A stretch of 64,000 nucleotides of DNA, taken from the NCBI GenBank assembly GCA_946965045.2, contig OX337239.1, forward strand, positions 2,852,001 through 2,916,000, in the 5' to 3' direction. This stretch comes from Epithemia pelagica (lineage: Eukaryota; Protista; Bacillariophyta). Position numbers and translations under genes: made by a program. How positions within the stretch are numbered: position 1 is the stretch's first letter; each line of letters opens with the position of its first letter. The notes beneath the pieces were generated by a model, which worked only from the letters and a program-made list of their open reading frames with translations, did no database searches and was not told the DNA's origin. Shown here piece after piece: positions 45,243-56,682 of this stretch.

Positions 45243-46026
45243 TGTTACAATTCTTTCTGAATCGTAGGGACATTGATGCTCGGTAGAGCAGACAATCAGG
45301 TAGGTCACCAACTAATACAAGCTTCTCAGGGTCAGAGAAGCAAGCAAGTCGAAGTCTATCAGAAAGATAGTCGGGACACAAAAGAAGATGTGATAAATGG
45401 TGATATTGTTAGATTGTGTGTTGATTACTACGATAGGTCTACGTGAAATGTTCGGTCCTGCCAAGGGTCATGTGTCATAGGTTCTTGGCGGCAACAGGTT
45501 TGGAATAGTTGGAGTCGATTCATGTGATGTATATGACATGTATATGTGGGCGGATAACATATACAGGGTCAACAGCTCTTGCTTTGGATTGGCATAGTTG
45601 TTTTCATGGCGCGCAGCTTGTTGACAATTTGGAGATTGTGGGAATGGAAATATGGTCTCGCGTGATCGTGTGTCGTGCTTGGGATACTTAGACCGTTGGG
45701 TCGGATAGATGCCGACGGCGCTCGGATGTCGCTTGGGCGCGCTCGATGATTTCGGGCGCGTACGCTTAGGGCGTTAGTATAATGTCCGAGCAACGGCCAA
45801 ATTTACGTCCGTTGTAATACCGCACGACCCAGTTTAAATCTTGAGAGTGAGTTCGTCAATCTATTCTCACTTTTCATGATTTGCGAAGAAATATAGGTCG
45901 ATATAGCGCGAAGCTAGGGAACATAGCTCGAAGCTAGATGGCATGATGCGATAGCACGAGGCTATGTGACATGGGGAATCGATGAGATGTAGAATCTAAC
46001 CACCATATACGGTGAGAATTCTAACA
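45243..46026 (-). repeat. 5' LTR, family B (784 bp)
   Basis: About 11-15 differences from the other two LTRs; followed by TSD CGGTG. Confidence 0.97.
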
Positions 46027-48487
46027 CGGTGAACAAATCGAAGCAAATTCTACATCAAATCGGACAATACCCAGTAAATGGTATCTACAACCACTTGTAT
46101 TTGGGTGAGGGAATGAACAAGAAACATGGAATTTTCACAGCCGCTTGTTGTGATGTATTACATACCTTGAAGTCAGGGATCATGAAGTATATCATGACCG
46201 ACTTTTTCGCATTGATGACAACAAAGGAAAAGGCCATGTTTGATTTCTTATACAGCTCCTTTTTCCGAGCGAATCGACAGTCAGTATTCTCTTATTCGTC
46301 AGACCACGGATATCCCAGGACATCCTTCTCTGCAGGTGTGAGCAATGTCACAAAGGTTACGGCGAATGAGTGGTTTGTATCATGTTTGTTTCTGCAGCTC
46401 TGTGTGTATCCGCTCGTGGGTATCTTATTTTCGCGAAAACAATGGCTGTGAAATGGAAGAACGTAGTTGAAGAATGGAAACAGTGGTGTAAGACACAAGA
46501 AGAAATACGAAAACAAAAAGAAGCCGAAGAAAATCAGAAGAAAAAAGAGAAGGAAGACAACAAGAAAAAGAAAGAAAAAAGAAAAGGTAAGAAAGGAAAG
46601 ACAAAACAAGGAAAGACACAAGCACAAGAACGTACCCGGAAAAGACGGGTACTGAACAATCGAAAGATACACAGTATTGCTGACGATTCATCTGAAGATG
46701 AACCTGACTCGTTTGTCAATGAAGAGGCCAAGAAGAAGGATAATGAGGAAACCGATGTTCCCAACGTAAACAAGGACACAGGTAGTGTGCTCGACAACGA
46801 CGAACACCTTCATTGTGAACCAGATATAGAAACACAGATTACAAGTGAAACAATGTTTGACGACGATCCAGTTGCATATGCATCGATCTGGGATGAAGGC
46901 GAACGGGAACCGTATATTGATTTTCTACATCTGTTTGAGACAATACTTTGTTTCAATAGCTGGACGAGAATGGACAGAATTTGGGAAAGCAACCCTCGGT
47001 CTCCTGTTGCTCGGGAGATGGCAGAGAAATCAGTTAAGTCAGTTCAGATCATGATGGACGGGATTCGGCTGTACGCACCAAGGTTGGATAAAAAGGGGAA
47101 GTTGATGTGCAATGGTTGGATGATTCCAAAGTACCACAACCTGTTGCATATCATCCGGCAAATATCAAACTTCGGACCTGTAAATATTGTTGATACTGAA
47201 TTCGAGGAGAGTAATCACAAAGAGATCATCAAATTGAACGCTAAAACAGTTCAAAAACGTGGCAAGGGAGTTTTCAATAGCCAACTTGGTGACAACATAT
47301 GGCAGATGCAAGCATGGGATATACTCTGTAAAATATCAGGAATTGGTCGCCATGACGTAGAACTTCTGAAAAATGGACAATCACCAGCGAAAGTTGTCAA
47401 AAAGAGAGAGAAACGTCAACTCCAACACTATCATAGAGAAAAAGAATCAAAGTCTAAGGGACAAGGGACGACATTGAAGATCTTTGTTGTCAAGAACCAA
47501 GTTGGAGACGACAACAGGAATGCTTCCATTCAATACAAGTGCACTTACAAGTATGCATCGAAAACAAGCACAGGGATGACCCTTCCTGAAGTAGTCCTTG
47601 AGTATTTCACAAAACATGCAGGAACATTCTTCACTCGAATGAATACAGAAGGTTCTGACTCTTTGACAATTCATGGATGCACAGAGGTCAAGTTCAAAGA
47701 CACTGACCTTGGAACCATAAGGTCACATCCAAATTTCCAAAGCAAGGGTCCATGGAGAGACTGGGTGAGAGCATGGATACCTCGACATCAGCGAACACCA
47801 TTCAATGTTGGTGTTAGTAGAACAATACTACCACAAGAATCCGAAATGGTTTTGGTTCTTGGTCAGGTTTTATGTTTTGTAAGTACTCCAATGCCACACC
47901 AAGAACAAGATGCACAAACAATCCTCCAATCAGGAGAAGAGGAGAATACTTCGGAAGCATGTGACCATGGATCAACGTCATCGAAGAAATATGACGATGG
48001 TGTCACTCATTTTTTATTGCGAACCACTTACTGTCAGAATGATAAGGACAAGGAGAAAGCATCAGTCCTCTTTTCCAGGTGGCGCAAAGCATTCGGTCGT
48101 AGTTCCCGAGTTCCGGATCTTGTGCTGGTTCCAATCACCAATATAACCAAATCACTAGGTGTTGTCGATGAAAACCCTGAGATGATCGACCATAGAGATA
48201 AGGTACCGATGTATCTCCATTCAAATGAGGAACGAGAAATACTGGCGGAGTACAATCGCGGCCGTGTAAACTATGGTGACATCGTCTGGGAAGTCCGTTG
48301 TGCAAAGGAATGGGCTAAGGAGTTCAATGACTCTGCCAGTACAACACTCAAAGCAAGGTATACAACAGGAACAACCTCGGCTTCAGAAACAACAGACAGA
48401 GACACTACCGATAATGGAGGGACGAATTCAGAAACAACAGACACGGACAATGCCGATAGCGGAGGGAGGTCTTCGTCCGTATCATGA
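46027..48487 (+). pseudogene. Plavaka-type transposase, 3' part
   Basis: Joins in frame as WREP-V-NKSKQ; CCDVLHTLKSG, RQS...PRTSFSAG, GWMIPKYHNLLH...FG...DTEFEESNHK, RSHPNFQSKGPWRDWV; 1-nt frameshift near 46370. Confidence 0.85.
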
Positions 48488-48767
48488 TTCGTGACACCAA
48501 CCGATAGTAGTATGTATCGACCAGAAATGTCCAACCGGCACTCAGAATAGTATAACAAGAGTCATATAGAGATAGGAAAAATACCAAAGAAATGTCCGAG
48601 CGGTATCCGGGAATATCAAGCGATAGATCCACGGACGCGAGGCGAGCCAAAGACCCTCATTTTTAAAATAACACATAGGAAGAAACAATTATCGCATTCC
48701 TTGTGTAATGAGATACTGTTCAAGACTTCAAGAGACAATCACAAGAAGTTGTTAGGATCAAGGAGAC

Positions 48768-49745
48768 ATGTTGAAGAATCCATACAAAAAACCCCGTACC
48801 ATAGTCAACCCGTACGTTACACGCAAGAAACACCCAATATGCAAGAACGACAAGTATGGAGAGAGAGGGGAGAATAGGGACAAGGTTACCGAAGAGAAAA
48901 TCGATGATCAAGATGATATCACATTTCTCAAAGATCTCTTCCAGTTGCAGGAAGAACGGCTTCATAAAACAAGACAGGAACCAAAGCCGGCAGAAGAATT
49001 AAACAACCAAAAAACACGAGGATCAACACCGAACAAATTATCCACAACAGAACCACAGAGCAGGGCAAGGACAAATATGATCAAGAATCCTTTTATCATC
49101 AAAAGCCGAATCCTAGATCCATCATCATCGACCTCGAAATTCAAAACCATTCCATTAGCTCCTGAGTCACCAAGCTATTCCGATCGCGTTGGTGACCGTG
49201 ACACAGAATTTCATCCAGAAGTACTCAAGTTCACAAGACTCGCCAATGAGGTTCTCGGGTCGACAGAACTTGGTGAACCAAATATGATTTGTCCGGTTTG
49301 TTTATTCCAAGATAACCCAAAAACAGATCGATATCTGACAAGGAAGTTTTGGCATCCATTTGGAACAACCCACCGATGTCGTGATCATTGTTATGGATGT
49401 GGGGTACATACCGACGTTTGCGAGACAGGTGGTAATGAATACAGATGCCGAGAGTGTATACATGATCCAGATGGGAGAGTCCATGACACTCTTGTGGATC
49501 AGACGAGTAAATATGTACCGATTGTCTGTAAAGGATGCCTTCGACCTTGTAACTCGAACAGTGAATGTGTGAGCGCCCGTGTCTGTTGGAAATCAAACAA
49601 CAAATACTTTGTGTGGCGATTCTGCATGATCGTACGAAGGGCTCTGCTCTTGAATGAGTATAGGCCCGATCTCACGACTGGAGCTGGAGGAATACCGAGG
49701 TATACCCAGGTGATTATAGTCAAAGCGGTCCAACAGATGTACTAG
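48768..49745 (+). CDS. Cys-rich family copy 3
   Basis: 325 aa; ICPVCL, HPFG..HRCRDHCYGCG, CKGC, VCWKSNNKYFVWRFCMIVRRALL. Confidence 0.7.
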   Translation: MLKNPYKKPRTIVNPYVTRKKHPICKNDKYGERGENRDKVTEEKIDDQDDITFLKDLFQLQEERLHKTRQEPKPAEELNNQKTRGSTPNKLSTTEPQSRARTNMIKNPFIIKSRILDPSSSTSKFKTIPLAPESPSYSDRVGDRDTEFHPEVLKFTRLANEVLGSTELGEPNMICPVCLFQDNPKTDRYLTRKFWHPFGTTHRCRDHCYGCGVHTDVCETGGNEYRCRECIHDPDGRVHDTLVDQTSKYVPIVCKGCLRPCNSNSECVSARVCWKSNNKYFVWRFCMIVRRALLLNEYRPDLTTGAGGIPRYTQVIIVKAVQQMY

Positions 49746-49845
49746 GACCTCCGATACCCGAATGAATCATCGCAATTCTCTAGTCCGTTCATATACATGG
49801 GGACAGAGAAAGAATGGGCAAAATGGCTCGAAGTATAAAGGAAAG

Positions 49846-50820
49846 ATGCCGGCCTTCAAGTCGGTACGCCCAGATGCCTTTCATCCCAACAAAAAACCAC
49901 CACGATGACAGCTCGCTCGAAAGCAACCTGCTCCTGAAGAAGCAACTGATTCGGTTCAACAACGTGTCATTGAAATAGAAAACCCATCAATATTACAGAC
50001 GGATTCCCTCAAGAACAACCAAAAGGAAATTCTTGAAGAGTTTCTTGACCACGTAGAGAAAATCAACCAGGATGAACCAACACGGGTATCCATTTGCCCA
50101 TTTTGTCTTATCATCGGAAGGGATGCATATCATAGATTCGGAAGTGTCAAAAACAAATGCCAGATCTGTTGCCATGGTTGCGGGATGGACGTGATTGAAT
50201 GCCCAAATGATTGCGAAGATCAAAAATGTCTATCCCATTTGTACTTGAAAAAAGCCAACTGGGAAATGGATGCAATGCGACTACTGTCCGATGATATTGA
50301 GGATGGTAGCGAACTCCGGTCCGTTGTCTCATCACTACCGGAAATTTGTAAATCATGCATGCAACCACCAGGTCTTGACAAGAACTGCTGGAGAGGAACA
50401 ACTTGTTTTCGATCGCCCAACAAGTACTTTGTCTGACGTTTTTGTTCCTTGATACGACATGCCTTGTATACACAGAAAACAAATGGAGAATTCGACCCCT
50501 CACTATATTCGAATGGCATCCCGAAAAAGATGCAACTCATCAAACAGCAATCGATCATGGATGCATGGAAGGAAAACGTATACAGCTTATACCCTGGTCA
50601 ATCACCGTTCAATTATGAATCATCGCAAAAGTCTTGGTCGCAATGGTTACTTTCTTGTCCACCAATCGAAGGGTTCTACAATAATTACATGCTTTTATTC
50701 AACACCTGTTACAAAGCTTGTATGGGTCAACAGACACATGAAGGGAAGGGAACGAAGGGAAGGGAATGGTGGAATAGTGACCCAGCAAACAAGAAGGTGG
50801 TCTATAAACAAGAATCGTAA
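49846..50820 (+). pseudogene. Cys-rich family copy 4 with two in-frame TGA stops
   Basis: ICPFCLIIGR, HRFG..KCQICCHGCG, CKSC, TCFRSPNKYFV*RFCSLIRHAL. Confidence 0.75.
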
Positions 50821-50880
50821 ACCCTTGATTGGTGCATCAAAGCTCCAATCGCTTCTACCAGCCATGGACGGCAAAGGCGG

Positions 50881-51116
50881 GCAGTAGAACGATTTGTGGT
50901 TTAAGGCTCTGATCATGTGGTTTAGTAGTAGAACAGCTTGTAATGAGCCATACCATCTGAACACATGGTTTAGCAGTAGAAGGGCCTAAACAGGGCCAAA
51001 CCCTTATGGCGTTATCGTCTTTGTGCAATGCTGGGCCATATGGCGCTGTCGTTGTCACCAGATTTCATGGACACGGACCAAAGACACTTTTCCATAACTC
51101 CAAAAGCTCCCAATTT
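50881..51116 (-). repeat. Degenerate, inverted relic of the 170-bp satellite
   Basis: Reverse complement of 51041-51116 reads AAATTGGGAGCTTTTGGAGTTATGGAAAAGTGTCTTTGGTCCGTGTCCATGAAATCTGGTGACAACGAC; further pieces match CCTTCTACTGCCAAACCACATGTTCAGA. Confidence 0.9.
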
Positions 51117-53214
51117 ATGACATGTAAAGCATGGTGGTTTTCTTCATTCAAATTCATTCCGTGATCCCTCCAAATTTTTTCACATCCGCTGGTTTGGTGC
51201 AGATTCCCTTCCTTTTCTCGCTGTCTTCTTCAATCTCTTCGGACGTCGGTCGATCATCACCCTCCATGTTGTATTCCAGCACATAAAGGTTTGCAGTGAA
51301 AAACTCTTGGAGACGATCGTGAATTTTTTGACACTGAGTGTTGTATGACGGCACTTTCCAGCTGTTATGGTAAAGTGAGAAGCACTCAGGGTGAAAACAC
51401 TGCTGGCACTGAACACAACCATAGCTGGTGATTGGATGGTTATTGCCCGATCCGACAGTCAAACACAGGTAACATGTACTCCTGTGACACCGACCTCGGT
51501 TCATTGGGTTTGCTTGAAGAATATGGTGGCTCAGGTTTGTCTCAAATGAATTTTGCGACGACACTCCTGTTGCATTTGTCAACTCGCTTCTTCCGGCCGG
51601 AGTTTCATCAATGGCCTCAAGATCTGCTGCACGACGACTCTCCGATTGAGCGCTAGTTGAAATGCGACGTACAAGAGAAGTCTTGTATCTCGAGCCATGT
51701 TTGGATGCCGCCTTCGAAACACAACTTGATGCCTGTGGCAGACGATAGGATTCAGCATACGGTGCACATAGCGATACGGACAGTTGGCGCTTGAATTTGC
51801 GAAGTGCCATTGCTCTGTCCATGACGACGTCGTCTCCATTTTTCTCCTTGACTTCAATCAGACCCAGACGATGTAGCTTCAAGTATACTTGAAATGCATT
51901 TAGAATGCACAAGTCCACGAAAAAATCCACGAAAAAATGCCAAACAGTTAGAGACAACTGCTTCTCTTTGCGACGACAGGCATTAGTAGAGCGCATTTGA
52001 TCGGCGCGGTTGACGCAATTCATAAACAAGTTATAGGCGACAACAGGCGCTGGGACCTTGAATGACTTCTTCACACGATACGAGTGACCGGTCCAGCGCC
52101 AGAGCGTCGCTAACCCGTGGACACAGGATACCGTATGAGGATCGTCTGCAGTTCCATACTTGACCTTCGGGGTGTCGGCAAGGTCATTAGTGTAAAAAAC
52201 AACAGGTTTTTTGTCCATGAACACAATGAAACCACAATTTTTGGCAACGACACAGAACTCCTTTTGGACCTCGATAATTTCATCTTCTTCTATACCGACT
52301 CGTTCTCTTGGTAAGGACTTAGAATTCTTTGGTCTTTTTCTTCTCTCGTTGCGTCTTGGAGTCCGGATGGATCACTGCAGTGAAAACTTGGACCAATATC
52401 CAAGAACCGTGTCCAAGTTTCTCAATTCGTGCTATAGCCTCTGAAACTGAGGGCTTGTTCACTTTGTCGAGCAAATTCAACTTCACTGTACCTGTGACCT
52501 TCATCCTCGAGTCCTTAAACTTGGCACATGCTCTTTCCAACGCGTGACGAGTGTAGTAGTTGTCCATATAGACAACGGTCTTGCAGTCTTCTGTTTTGCG
52601 TCGGTTGGACGACGCACCTGCAAGAGACCGATAAAGCAGTCCAATCATAAGAACCCACAGCATCGAGGTGCTCTCAAACGCCACAGGACATGCATTACGC
52701 AGCCGGCTTCGGCTGGCCAGAGAGAACTGGTTGAAGGACGACCAGAGTTTGCCAAAGACCCGCAGGAATCGTTCGGCAGGCGTCTGGTTGACACTGTTGC
52801 TTGTGCCATTGTCCCAGAGGGCAAAGGTATACACGCTAGCCCATCCCACCAGCGCATAAAAACAGATGGCAAACTTATCTGGCTTGCATGGAAGGTAGGA
52901 CGACGCCTTTGTCTGTGCTTTTGTTGGAGAGCTTGCCTCGTCAAGCGCAACCGGTCCCACCACATATGCAACCGAAGCAAAATTGCGGAGCACATGAGCC
53001 ATCAACGCCCGGACCATCCATCCATAAAGGATCGTCCGGATTGCGGCATGTGGAATCAGAATATACACAAAGTGAGCCAAGGACAGCGATGAATGTGTCA
53101 CGGGCCATTGTGTTGATGAACGATGTGGAACCAAGAAACATCTTGGAACTCCAAAGTTCTTTCATTGAAGTTGAATTGCACAGTGACATCGCAATGTCTA
53201 GGCCGATAACACAG

Positions 53215-54552
53215 GGACACCCGGTATATTTGTAACCATAGCTCTAATGGACCTTGAACAGGATATACCAAAAGGAGCGAAGGACGGACAAGTTCATTTT
53301 CTTTTTGGTACACTATAATAGAACAAAATACTTATCGATATTGATATTTCTGTGAATTAGAATACATAGAGAGGAAAAAAAATGAATCGGCACATTTGGC
53401 GAGGGTCGATACAACCCGATACAAACGATACAACTGTTCCAAACAACATCCGATACAAACGATACAAATTCCGATACAAACGATACAACCCGATACAAAC
53501 GATACAACCCCGATACAACCGATACAAGGGGGTCGATACAGCCGATACAAATCGACGAAACCCCGATACACACCCCCGATACAAAATATCCCCGATACTA
53601 CAACAAAAATGAGTCTGCGCAAACCGTGATCACAAAACGCAAAGAACAAAAAATGGTCGAAGTTATCGACAACGATTGATGAAGTCGAACACGACACAAC
53701 AACCAAACTTTTTGATTGATTAGCGGAACAATCAACTAGAAGAGAGTACCGTCCACTGTCCACCGTCATGAACACAGTGATGGGCCGAACGAAACACTTG
53801 GTGACACCAACAACAACAACACTCGGCGATGACACAGCCACAACCCCAATGAAACAATCAACTACTCGCTGCCGCCGAATGAAACACTAGTATTTACAAA
53901 GCTAACTAGGTAGATACTCTCGCCTCATATTCGTAATTCGTAGTAGAGGAGGCTGGTTCATTGTTGTGCTGGAGCGTCCTCTGTCCTCTGCATTGAACAT
54001 TGAACCGGTCGGTATTCGGTACTTGTACTAGTACGTGTGTGAGGGGCAATTCATCTTAATTTAAGAAAATGCATGGTGAAGTGAATCTCGTAGGACCGGA
54101 AATCTCACCGAGAATCGAATATGTAGGAGCGCAGTGAAATTTCGCACCGGGGAGCTCGGTGCTCGGTGGTGACCGTCAACCCGATACATCAGCCCGATAC
54201 AAATCGCAACAAATCGCAACCAGTTCGGAAGACCCGATACAGAGGACTCGAGTCCCCCGATACAAACACCGATACAAATCCGTTGTATCGATACAGTACC
54301 TAAGCCCCCCGATACAACTAGATACAACCCCGATACACGACTGGATACGGTTGTATGTGCATCGATACAGCATCCGATACATTTGGCGAATCTCCGCGCA
54401 TGGCTTCTCTGACTTCAATAATTGCTAGATTTAAGTAATTTTCAAACACGTGCCTATGTCTTTTTTGGTAGTGTAGAAAAATGAGGTACAGTCATCTCAG
54501 CCAACCAGAAATAAGCCCAATGGGGTCGTGGTTACAAATATAGCGGGTGTCC
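53215..54552. mobile_element. Non-autonomous TIR element (PIF/Harbinger-like MITE) inserted in piggyBac
   Basis: 24-bp TIR GGACACCCG(G/C)TATATTTGTAACCA with 1 mismatch; 3-bp TSD CAG (53212-53214, 54553-54555); removing it restores KMLR-CVIG in frame. Confidence 0.85.
53311..54473. mobile_element. Possible non-autonomous CACTA-like element with CGATACA subterminal arrays, nested in the MITE
   Basis: Starts CACTA and ends TAGTG, TA on both flanks; about 16 CGATACA motifs at 53405-53600 and about 10 at 54180-54380; no coding remnant. Confidence 0.45.
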
Positions 54553-56063
54553 CAGCGGAGCATTTTTGTTGTTAGGTTGATTTTCTTGTTGGTGGAACTG
54601 TTTTCCTTCTCTTTGAGTGCATCTTGGGTTGCCTTGAGCATAAACCGGTCCACAAAGCGAGAAGGTAGAAAAAGAAAGAACAATCCCATAGGTGCTTCGT
54701 TGATGAAAGCCTGGGCACATGCCTGTTCGCTGACAAGAACAAGATCGGGCGCCGAGATCTGTTCGTCAATGTATCGATTTTCGGAGTGATTGCGTTGGAC
54801 ATTATCCTTCAAAGGGGGTTCGTCGCCGAGTAGTCATTTTCTTCTTCGGCATTGGGACCAGTTCTCTTGCTGCAACTGGAAGGCTGTGTTGGTAGCTTCC
54901 TTGGACTGGTCTGACATGGTTTCAAGTACAAATGAGACGTCAACGCACCAAAAACAAAAAAAACCACACGTATTCAACGAATACCCATCGGATCACGATG
55001 GTCCGCACCGCGTTAGAAAATATACTTCGAGGATTAACGACCAAATGGTTTGGTTGTTTGCAAAGTATCGATTTGGCGAATTGACCACATGGTGGTTAAT
55101 GGAAATTGATTCACGAGTGTCGGGTCATCGCTAACGTGGGGGAGAGCATAAGTAATCGACATTTTTGTTCAGCAAAATCGTTGACCAAATGGTCAAAGAG
55201 CCGTCCTAAAAGAGTTGAGGATAAATTGTTTGGACTATAGTCATCGTGAAAAAAGTGGGGCTCTAGATTTACAAACTGTGATGGAGGTGCTCTTAACTCT
55301 AGCTGGGGTAGAGTTTTGGGTTTCGTTGTTCCTTTGTCTTGTTTCTGGAGGTGTACAGTCGCCCCTTTGTGGAACACATAAAGCCTTTGATTCGTATCCC
55401 ACACATGGATAATGAATAAACAGGGCCTGGAGAGGACAGGGGAGGTTCCCCATGTGCTGCCAGTGCAAGAATAGACACTAATGTATTGAATACCTGGTGG
55501 ACCTCCACTTATTGAATACCTGGTGGACCTCCACTTGATACAGGAGGCGAACAGGGGGCACGGCCAATGATTGTCACCCAAGGACTATGAGTAGAATACA
55601 CACATTGTTGCTGCTATTCGTGACTTATGCTGTTGATGATGGGAGATGAGTGAGGTCTTGTACCGTTGAGGAGTGTAATTGAAGGGTTGGATAGATTTTT
55701 TGGCACGTGTCGCAGTGAATTCGACTCCGAATGAGCCGGCCATCCTCCTGTAGAAATGTACCAGGGCCTACGAGAGTTTTTTGTGCGAAAAAATTGTTGC
55801 AATAATTCAGAAACGGAGGGAGTACACATGATGGCCTGTAATTGAAAAAGGTTGGAAATTATTCCATAACCCTGGCTTAACCATCCTCTACTTGAGAAAG
55901 AAGAAAAACAGTTGCTCTACACTTTCTGCACCAATGACTAATTGGAATGCCGTGAGTATGACAACGAATCTTGGGGATGGATCCTCCAATGGCTTCCAGA
56001 CCACGGCTGTAGTCTTCATCTTGGTGATGTCGTTACTACTATCCTTTATGTCTTCTTGTGGAA

Positions 56064-56532
56064 ATCTTGTATCAAGGTCACTCAAGTCTTCTTTCGTTCA
56101 GAGAAAAGAGAATTGATTGGCCATCAAAGAGAGAAGAGAATTCTTGTATCATGGTCACTCAAGTCTTCTTTCTTGTAGAGAGAAGAGAATTGATTGAAAA
56201 CCATGACACGGTCCTGATCAATTTTGATCTAAGGTGTGCTAACTGATCTGTTAACTTCAAGCTATCAGAGGATTTTTTGAAGTTAACCTACCATCATGGA
56301 TGGTTTCTAGTTGATTCTGATATTTTTTAAAAATCTCAATACTCTCTGAATGATCTACCTTGCCCAATTTCCAAACCTTCAAAGAAGTCAAACATCTTGA
56401 CATGACAAGGTTAACTTCAAGCTATCAGAGGATTTCATTGAAGTTAACCTACCATCAAAATCTCAATACTCTCTGAATGATCTACCTTGCCCAATTTCCA
56501 AACCTTCAAAGAAGTCAAACATCTTGACATGA
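56064..56532. repeat. Cluster of short local duplications, including palindromic GTTAACTTCAA...TTGAAGTTAAC units
   Basis: CTTGTATCA.GGTCACTCAAGTCTTC at about 56064 and 56143; GTTAACTTCAAGCTATCAGAGG at 56250 and 56410; 75-bp block at about 56331 and 56458. Confidence 0.75.
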
Positions 56533-56682
56533 AAAGGATGTCTTGGATCCATCATGGTTTACACCCTTGAAGAATGGCATCCAGGAGTCTCATGTCACTA
56601 ATTGTCCCTTAACCATTTCTCAACGAAGTTGTTTTCTCTGTGGAATAGAAAACAGAAAAGCACTGTACTGTTCCCATCATTA

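Larger units (their letters stand above)
33656..46026 (-). mobile_element. Three-LTR composite of copia family B: one full copy plus one 3'-truncated copy
   Basis: LTRs at 33656-34438, 41256-42038 and 45243-46026; 5-bp TSD CGGTG at 33651-33655 and 46027-46031. Confidence 0.95.
51154..54812 (-). pseudogene. piggyBac-family transposase, interrupted and frameshifted
   Basis: PMGLFFLFLP; VIGLDIAMS...ELWSS; ALDE...KPDKF; YMDNYY...TGTV; FMDKKPV; YNLFMNCVNRADQ; C-terminal CYLC...CVQCQQCFHPEC. 4-nt duplication near 53014-53025; frameshift near 52330; element termini not found. Confidence 0.9.

Noticed and set aside
46292-46797. Hydrophobic Phe/Leu-rich minus-strand ORFs resembling membrane proteins
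   Set aside because: Antisense of the Lys/Glu-rich insertion in the Plavaka transposase.
53332-54428. ORFs rich in CIG/LYR/DT repeats
   Set aside because: Translations of the CGATACA motif clusters.
50890-55900. TTAA target sites and TIRs for the piggyBac element
   Set aside because: Several TTAA sites were checked by eye, but none gave matching inverted ends.
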